Assembly: GCA_016213135.1 (NCBI GenBank)
Contig: JACRBQ010000028.1
Location: 71,284 to 135,283, forward strand
Source: Chloroflexota bacterium
Lineage (GTDB): Bacteria > Chloroflexota > Anaerolineae > Anaerolineales > VGOW01
DNA: 64,000 nt
Direction of reading: 5' to 3'
Positions 58,327 to 64,000 of the stretch are shown here, piece by piece. The translations under genes and the position numbers were made by a program. Position 1 is the first letter of the stretch. Each line of letters begins with the position of its first letter. The notes below the pieces were generated by a model that was not told the origin of the DNA, searched no databases, and worked only from the letters and a program-made list of their open reading frames with translations.

Positions 58327-59796
58327 ATGAAGCGAACCAGCACTATTCTGATAGCCGACGACGAACCCGATGGCCGTGAGGTGATGGCGGCTTTGCTCCG
58401 CTCATCCGACTACGAAATGGTGTTCGCCGGGGACGGGCAGGAAGTATTGGATCAGGCCAAAGCCGTTCAGCCGGACCTGATATTGCTGGATGTGATGATG
58501 CCGGTGATGGACGGGTTTGAAGTGTGCCGCCGCCTGCGCGCCGACCCCGTTCTGGCCGAAGTGCCGGTGATTATCGTCACCGCCCTCGGCGACCAACAGG
58601 CCCGCATCAAGGGCATCGAGGTGGGCGCAGACGATTTCATCAGCAAGCCCTATAACCGCCTCGAACTGCGGGCGCGGGTCAAGGCCGTCACCCGCCTCAA
58701 CCGCTTTCGCCGCCTGCAACTCGAACGGGCCAAGTTCGAATGGGTGGTGGAGCAGGCCGACGACGGCTACGTGATCCTCAACGGCCAGGACGCTTTTGTG
58801 TATGCCAACCCGCAGGCCCGGCTCTATTTGGACTTGCCCGATGGCAGCGATCTGGCCGAAGGCGACCTCAAGTTTATTCAGACGGTCAAAGGCCACTACC
58901 GCCTCGAACCCATGGAAGCCTGGGTGACGTGGCCCGACGAAATACCCCCCAACGCCGCCACTCCGCCGCGCTACCTTGTGCGCCCCGAAACCGCCATCGC
59001 CGACGCCCGCTGGCTGCAAGTGAAAGTGCTGGAGACGGCCATCGGGGCCGAGCCGGGGCGCATCGTCCGCCTGCGCGACATCAGCACACAGGTCAAATCG
59101 CGCAACGACGTTTGGACGTTCCACAACTCGGTATCCCACAAACTGCGCACTTCGCCCGCCGTGATGACCAGCAGCCTGCAACTGCTGGAGATGCACATTG
59201 ACCAGCTTTCCAAGGAAGAGATCAAGGCCTTCGCCGACAACGCCCTCAAGGGCGCAAAGCGGCTGCGCGATGAAATAGAAGACGTCGTCCAATTTCTCAA
59301 CGTGCGCACGCTGGCCCGCCCCGGCGAGGGCTTCGCCCTCGAGGCCTTGGCTCCACTGGTGAAGGAGGTGGCCGCTGAGATGGGGGAGATGAGCGTCGCC
59401 ATATCCGTTGCGCCTGAACTGGCGCAGGCGCGGCTGGCGCTTTCGCACCAGGCCACGGAAATCCTGTTGCGCGAATTGCTGGAAAACGCAAAGAAATTCC
59501 ACCCGCGCCATCGCCCCACGGTGGAAGTCTCCGTCAAACAAGGGCCGGGCAGGACCGTCAGTCTGCGTGTTTCCGACAACGGCCTCACCCTCTCGGGGGA
59601 ACAACTGGCCAAAGTGTGGACGCCTTACTATCAGATAGAAAAACACTTCACCGGCGAGGCCCCGGGCATGGGCCTCGGGCTGGCCTCGGTGGCGTTCCTC
59701 ATCGGCGGGGTAGGGGGCACGTCGCGCATGACCAACCGCCCCGACGGGCCGGGCATCACCGTCGAGCTGATTGTGCCGCTGGCCTGGGCGGCCTGA
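58327..59796 (+). CDS. Hybrid protein: N-terminal receiver domain, central sensory region, C-terminal histidine kinase core
   Basis: 489 aa; REC (ILIADDEPDG, DLILLDVMMPVMDG, SKP). H-box-like SVSHKLRTSP; N box LLENAKKF; G boxes DNGLTL and GMGLGLA. Confidence 0.8.
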   Translation: MKRTSTILIADDEPDGREVMAALLRSSDYEMVFAGDGQEVLDQAKAVQPDLILLDVMMPVMDGFEVCRRLRADPVLAEVPVIIVTALGDQQARIKGIEVGADDFISKPYNRLELRARVKAVTRLNRFRRLQLERAKFEWVVEQADDGYVILNGQDAFVYANPQARLYLDLPDGSDLAEGDLKFIQTVKGHYRLEPMEAWVTWPDEIPPNAATPPRYLVRPETAIADARWLQVKVLETAIGAEPGRIVRLRDISTQVKSRNDVWTFHNSVSHKLRTSPAVMTSSLQLLEMHIDQLSKEEIKAFADNALKGAKRLRDEIEDVVQFLNVRTLARPGEGFALEALAPLVKEVAAEMGEMSVAISVAPELAQARLALSHQATEILLRELLENAKKFHPRHRPTVEVSVKQGPGRTVSLRVSDNGLTLSGEQLAKVWTPYYQIEKHFTGEAPGMGLGLASVAFLIGGVGGTSRMTNRPDGPGITVELIVPLAWAA

Positions 59797-59805
59797 CTCA
59801 CCGCC

Positions 59806-61002
59806 ATGGGGCCACTACCGGCAATCGTCCGCTGGCTGCTGGTCGGCCTCGGCCTCGGCCCGCTCGCCGTTTTCGCGCTGCGGCGCATCCTCTTCACCCT
59901 CACCCTGCTGCACCCTCAGCCGCCCGCTGACGCGGCCCGGTGCCCCACCGTACTCATCCTCGTCCCCATCCGCAACGAGCCTCAATCCATCCCCGGCCTG
60001 TGCGCCGCCCTCGATGCTCTCGACTACCCGCGCCCGCAGTGGCAAGTGGCCCTCATTGACGACGGCCCCACCGACGATTTGCGCCAGCATGCCGCCATCG
60101 AAGCTGCCGTGGCGACGCGCCCCGGGTGGCAGGCCCTGCACCTGCCCGCCAGTGTGGGCAAAGCTCAGGCCCTCAACCACGGCCTGGCCCACGTCCCCTT
60201 TGGCGAAATCGTCTTCATCTTCGACGTGGACAGCCGCCCGCAACCCAATTGCCTGCGCTGGGCCGTGCGGCCTTTTGCCGACGCGCGCGTGGCCGCCGTC
60301 AGCGGGCGGCTGGTGGCAGCTAATGCGCTGGCCGGCCCGGCCGCTTATTACACCGCCGTTGAATCCCTCGTCCATCAACTGGTCACCCTGCGCGGCAAAG
60401 ACGTGCTGCGCCTCGGCCCGCCGCTGCTCGGTTCCAACAACGGCTACCGCCGCGCCGCCCTGGCGCAAGTGGGCGGCTTCCGGCCCGGAGCCTTCCTCGA
60501 AGATAGCGACCTCACCCTCGCCCTCCTCCGCGCCGGATACACCACTCGCTTCGTGCCGCAAGCCGTGGCTTCGCACCGCGTGCCCGCCACCCTGCGCGGA
60601 TACATCCACCAGCACATCCGCTGGGGGCGCGGCTTCAACGACGTGGCCCGCGACCACCTCCCCGGCCTGCTCACCGGCCCGCGCCTGTCGTGGCCCCTGC
60701 GTCTCGAGCTGGCCCTCTTCGCCGTGGGCTACCTCGACCGGCTGGCGTTGCTGTGGGCCATCGCGCTGGCGCTGCTCGGCGTCGAGCCGGTTGTGCTTTG
60801 GATCGGGATTGGAATCAGCTTGACTCTCCCGCTCGTGCAGATCATCGCCGCCCTGGCATTCGACCGCGCCGCCGCCGGATATTGGTGGCGGCTGCCTCTC
60901 ATCCCCGCCTTCTTCGTGGTGGACACATGCACCGCCCTGTGGGCCATGGCCGCCACCCTGCTGAACCTGCCGCGCCTGTGGCATAAAACCGACCGTGGCT
61001 AA
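59806..61002 (+). CDS. Membrane glycosyltransferase family 2 (processive, cellulose/chitin-synthase-like)
   Basis: 398 aa; N-terminal TM, DDGPTDD, FDVDSRP (DxD), GSNNGYRR, Q-x-x-RW (QHIRWGRG), 4 C-terminal TM helices. Confidence 0.85.
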   Translation: MGPLPAIVRWLLVGLGLGPLAVFALRRILFTLTLLHPQPPADAARCPTVLILVPIRNEPQSIPGLCAALDALDYPRPQWQVALIDDGPTDDLRQHAAIEAAVATRPGWQALHLPASVGKAQALNHGLAHVPFGEIVFIFDVDSRPQPNCLRWAVRPFADARVAAVSGRLVAANALAGPAAYYTAVESLVHQLVTLRGKDVLRLGPPLLGSNNGYRRAALAQVGGFRPGAFLEDSDLTLALLRAGYTTRFVPQAVASHRVPATLRGYIHQHIRWGRGFNDVARDHLPGLLTGPRLSWPLRLELALFAVGYLDRLALLWAIALALLGVEPVVLWIGIGISLTLPLVQIIAALAFDRAAAGYWWRLPLIPAFFVVDTCTALWAMAATLLNLPRLWHKTDRG

Positions 61003-63985
61003 TCCCTCTCCCCCCACGGTCACCGTCATCATCCCGGTGCGCAATGGCGGCCCGGCATTCAAACGCTGCCTCGCCGCCCTCAACCAGTCCAGCGCCCGCC
61101 CGTTTGAAGTGCTGGTCGCCGACGACGGCTCCACCGACTCGTCGGCCCAGTGGGCGGTGGAGGCCGGGGCGCGCCTCGTGCGCCCCGAGCCGTTGGGCGG
61201 CGGCCCGGCGGCGGCCCGCAACGCGGCAGCCGCCCGCGCCTCCGGCGACGTGCTGTTCTTCTTCGACTCCGATGTGCAGGTGCGCCCCGACACCATGGCC
61301 CGCGTGGAGCGCGCCTTTGCCGACGACCCTGCCCTCGCCGCTTTGTTCGGCTCGTACGACGACTCGCCCGGCGACCCTGGCTTTCTCTCGCAATTCAAAA
61401 ACCTGTTTCACCACTATGTCCACCAGCACGGCGCAGAAGAGGCGTCCACTTTTTGGAGCGGATGCGGGGCCGTGCGGCGCGATGCCTTCCTGGCGGTGGG
61501 CGGCTTCCCCGCCCGTTATCGGCTGCCCTCCATCGAAGACATCGAACTCGGTTACCTGCTCAAGCGGCGCGGCCACCGCCTGCGGCTGGATAAGGGGCTG
61601 CAAGTGAAGCACCTCAAACGGTGGACTCTGCCCGGCCTGCTGCATTCCGACATCGTAGCTCGCGGCATCCCGTGGACGCGGCTCATATTGCGCGAGGGCG
61701 CATTTCTCAACGATCTGAATTTGCAGACGCATAATCGCTTTAGCGTGGTGGCAGCCTATCTTGGCGTGGTGTGCGCCCTGGCCGGTGTTTGGATTCCGGC
61801 GGCGTGGTTGGGTGTGCCGCTGGCGGCGCTGACTCTGCTGGCGCTCAATTGGCCGCTGTATCGCTGGTTCGCGCGCAAGCGCGGCGCGGCCTTTGCGGCG
61901 AAGGCGCTTGCCCCGCATTGGTTGTATTACTTCTACAATGGAATTTCATTCGGGGCCGGAGCGCTCCTGCATTTGAGAGATCAAATCGCGCATACGGCGG
62001 CTGAATCACCAAGACACCAAGACACGAAAGACACTCCCTTTTCTCTTCGCGCCTCCGCGTCTTTGTGGTTGATGGTGGCGATTCTTCTGGTTGCCACCTT
62101 ACTTCGTTTTCACCGCCTGGGCGCACAAAGCATGTGGCTGGACGAATTGTTGGAGATCGGGATCGCCCGGCAGCCATACGCCGCTATCCTGAGCCAACTA
62201 CTTGCGTATGGCGCGATGCCCTTGGATTATTTTGTGGCGCACGGCGCGTTGCTGTTGGGCGATCAGGATTTCTGGCTGCGCGCCGCGCCGGCTTTGTTTA
62301 GCGTAATGACCGTGGCGGCCATGTACCGCCTGGCGGGGCGGTTGGTCAACCGGGCCACTGGTTTGGCGGCCGGCGCACTGCTGGCCGTGGGCGCGTTTCA
62401 CGTTCATTACGCGCAAGAGACTCGCCCCTATGCCCTCTTTGGCTTGCTGGCCCTATTGTCGTTTCATTTTTTGTTCCGCGCTCTGAAAACGAATCAACCC
62501 GCCCACTGGATCGGCTACGCCGCCGCCACCGCGCTCTCGCTGGCGACACACTACTTCACCCTATTTATGATCGCGGCGCAAATGCTTATAGTTCTCCAGA
62601 AAAGTCTTTTCTCAATTTCAGGCGCAGACCGAGCCGGTCTTAGAGACCGGCTTGGTCTTAATCGCCAACGCTGGCTGCGCTTCGCCCTGGCCTTGTCGTT
62701 TGTCGGTGTTGTGTTATCGCTCACGCCCTATCTCGACAATGTGCTGGAAGTCGGCAGTGAATTTACGCGCGCGATGCTCGGCCTGCGCGCGAATGCGGCC
62801 GCGATTCAACCGGCGGCCGATCCGCTTCTGCAGCCGCCGATCCTCAATCGCGAATTTTTCGTGGGCCAACTGCTTGGCGAATTGAGCGGTGGCGGGGGGC
62901 TTTGGCCCTGGCTGTTTTTGGCGCTGGCGGTGGCGGGCGCAATCGTGGGGTGGCGGCGTCACGGCAGAGTGTTGGCGGCTCTCGCGATCTGGGCCGTGGC
63001 GCCGATCCTCCTGACGGTGATCTTTTTGATTCACCGCCAAACATTTTTCGCCGTGCGATACGTCACGCCTGCCTACGTGGCATTGATCATTTTAGTGGCG
63101 GTTGGCGTTGTTGAGATCGCCGGGCTATTCAAAGAGCGCCTTCGCGCCGTTGCCCTACTCGGTTTGCTCGGCGTGTCTGTGGCGTTCAGCTTGCTCCGCG
63201 TGAATGCGTACTACGCGACGAACAAAGAGAATTGGCGCGGCGCGGGGCATTTCATTGACGCCAACTATTCGCCGGGCGATAAGGTGGACTCGCCGTTGGG
63301 GGGCGGCGTGATTTTTCATTACACGCGGCTGGCCGATGCCGGCCGTCTCGACACCACTTCCACAGCCGATCTGGATTCGGTGACCGGGCGGCTGTGGGTG
63401 GTTATGCATCCGTACATCGGTCCGGCCACGGGCGGCCTGGGCGATTGGCTCGCGGCGCAACCCTCGGCTGTGGAATACCGGATTGACGAGGGCCTCCGAG
63501 TTTTCGTGTTGGATAAGTCGAAAACGAGAGCGGAGATTCTGGCGAGCATCACACCGCCGGATACACCGACGGCCTGGAGCAGGTTGGGCGAACAATACGC
63601 GCTCATTGGCGCGTGGGCCGAGGCCGAGACGAGTTATCTGCGCGCCATTGCTTCGAGCGATGCGCCGCAATTCAAAGTGAGCTACGCCGACACCCTCCGG
63701 CAGAACGGCCAGACCGACCGGGCGGCGCGGTATTATCTCGCGGCGTTGATGGACGAGCCGCAAGCGGTGGGCGCGTTGAACGGGATCGGGCGAATTTATT
63801 TGGAGCGTCGCTTGTTCGACGAGGCGTTGACGGCCTTCACCCGCGCCGCCGCCGCCGACCCCGGCGACTACACCGCCAACTTCTTCCTGGCCCAAACGTA
63901 CGATCGCCTTGGCCGACCGGCTGAGGCCGCGCCGTATCGTGACCGGGCAAGCCAGATCGTGCCCGATTTGATCGAGCCGCCATAA
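60995..63985 (+). CDS. Tripartite fusion: GT2 glycosyltransferase, then a GT-C (ArnT/PMT-like) polytopic membrane glycosyltransferase, then C-terminal TPR repeats
   Basis: 996 aa; GTG start overlapping the upstream stop. GT2 (VIIPVRNGG, ADDGSTD, FFDSDV, IEDIELGY) plus 2 TM. ~11 TM region with the early loop WLDELLEIG (GT-C style). C-terminal TPR-like repeats (AETSYLRAIA, YYLAALMDEP, AFTRAAAADP). Confidence 0.75.
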   Translation: MANPSPPTVTVIIPVRNGGPAFKRCLAALNQSSARPFEVLVADDGSTDSSAQWAVEAGARLVRPEPLGGGPAAARNAAAARASGDVLFFFDSDVQVRPDTMARVERAFADDPALAALFGSYDDSPGDPGFLSQFKNLFHHYVHQHGAEEASTFWSGCGAVRRDAFLAVGGFPARYRLPSIEDIELGYLLKRRGHRLRLDKGLQVKHLKRWTLPGLLHSDIVARGIPWTRLILREGAFLNDLNLQTHNRFSVVAAYLGVVCALAGVWIPAAWLGVPLAALTLLALNWPLYRWFARKRGAAFAAKALAPHWLYYFYNGISFGAGALLHLRDQIAHTAAESPRHQDTKDTPFSLRASASLWLMVAILLVATLLRFHRLGAQSMWLDELLEIGIARQPYAAILSQLLAYGAMPLDYFVAHGALLLGDQDFWLRAAPALFSVMTVAAMYRLAGRLVNRATGLAAGALLAVGAFHVHYAQETRPYALFGLLALLSFHFLFRALKTNQPAHWIGYAAATALSLATHYFTLFMIAAQMLIVLQKSLFSISGADRAGLRDRLGLNRQRWLRFALALSFVGVVLSLTPYLDNVLEVGSEFTRAMLGLRANAAAIQPAADPLLQPPILNREFFVGQLLGELSGGGGLWPWLFLALAVAGAIVGWRRHGRVLAALAIWAVAPILLTVIFLIHRQTFFAVRYVTPAYVALIILVAVGVVEIAGLFKERLRAVALLGLLGVSVAFSLLRVNAYYATNKENWRGAGHFIDANYSPGDKVDSPLGGGVIFHYTRLADAGRLDTTSTADLDSVTGRLWVVMHPYIGPATGGLGDWLAAQPSAVEYRIDEGLRVFVLDKSKTRAEILASITPPDTPTAWSRLGEQYALIGAWAEAETSYLRAIASSDAPQFKVSYADTLRQNGQTDRAARYYLAALMDEPQAVGALNGIGRIYLERRLFDEALTAFTRAAAADPGDYTANFFLAQTYDRLGRPAEAAPYRDRASQIVPDLIEPP

Positions 63986-64000
63986 TCTTACGAATGACAC

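Noticed and set aside
59815-61918. Minus-strand ORFs 59815..61398 (527 aa) and 60899..61918 (339 aa)
   Set aside because: They are antisense to two glycosyltransferase genes with clear GT2 motifs. Their composition is typical of shadow frames.

Overview
GC-rich bacterial chromosomal segment (over 60% GC by eye, very high GC3). Gene content looks Chloroflexota-like, but that is unverified inference. All calls come from motif recognition in the ORF track and my own reading of the DNA; no searches were run. Coding is dense, and high GC produces many long antisense shadow ORFs, which I discarded. Ordinary content: an envelope protease trio, cupredoxin, corA and a HAD nucleotidase (0-8.4 kb). A 9-gene minus-strand beta-oxidation operon runs TetR, thiolase, 3-hydroxyacyl-CoA dehydrogenase, enoyl-CoA hydratase, a small membrane protein, two acyl-CoA dehydrogenases, EtfB and EtfA (12.6-21.7 kb). 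Then come a Ser/Thr kinase, mutL, a PPIase, rpsF-ssb-rpsR, several two-component genes, an ECF sigma module and glycosyltransferases (58-64 kb). Most interesting: (1) A translationally coupled operon at 49.7-58.3 kb, with a divergent kinase gene at 48.7 kb. It combines lasso-peptide-type parts (PqqD RRE, B2 transglutaminase-like protease, AsnB-type enzyme) with two HprK-like P-loop kinases, a nucleotidyltransferase, a cupredoxin, an EEP phosphoesterase, a DUF3048 lipoprotein and an ABC-2 permease. No conventional precursor gene lies beside it. (2) A strongly signalled 21-codon ORF at 38741-38806 sits next to a second copy of the same nucleotidyltransferase family. Its residues match the spacing of the lasso leader recognition motif (Y-17, P-14, I-12, T-2), but only three residues (SSH) follow the predicted cleavage site. 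(3) Three tandem DUF2652-type (class III cyclase-like) plus SRPBCC fusion genes at 8.4-11.8 kb; a ~556-bp near-identical tract covers only the catalytic halves of copies 2 and 3. (4) A pervasive family of heptamer-periodic intergenic repeats whose 7-nt phasing places TGA, and sometimes ATG/GTG, in all three frames at gene boundaries. Also noted: a 25-bp tandem hairpin repeat, in-frame palindromic insertions in two cluster genes, a low-GC four-helix-bundle cassette bracketed by 14-bp inverted repeats, and a 5'-truncated group II intron remnant.
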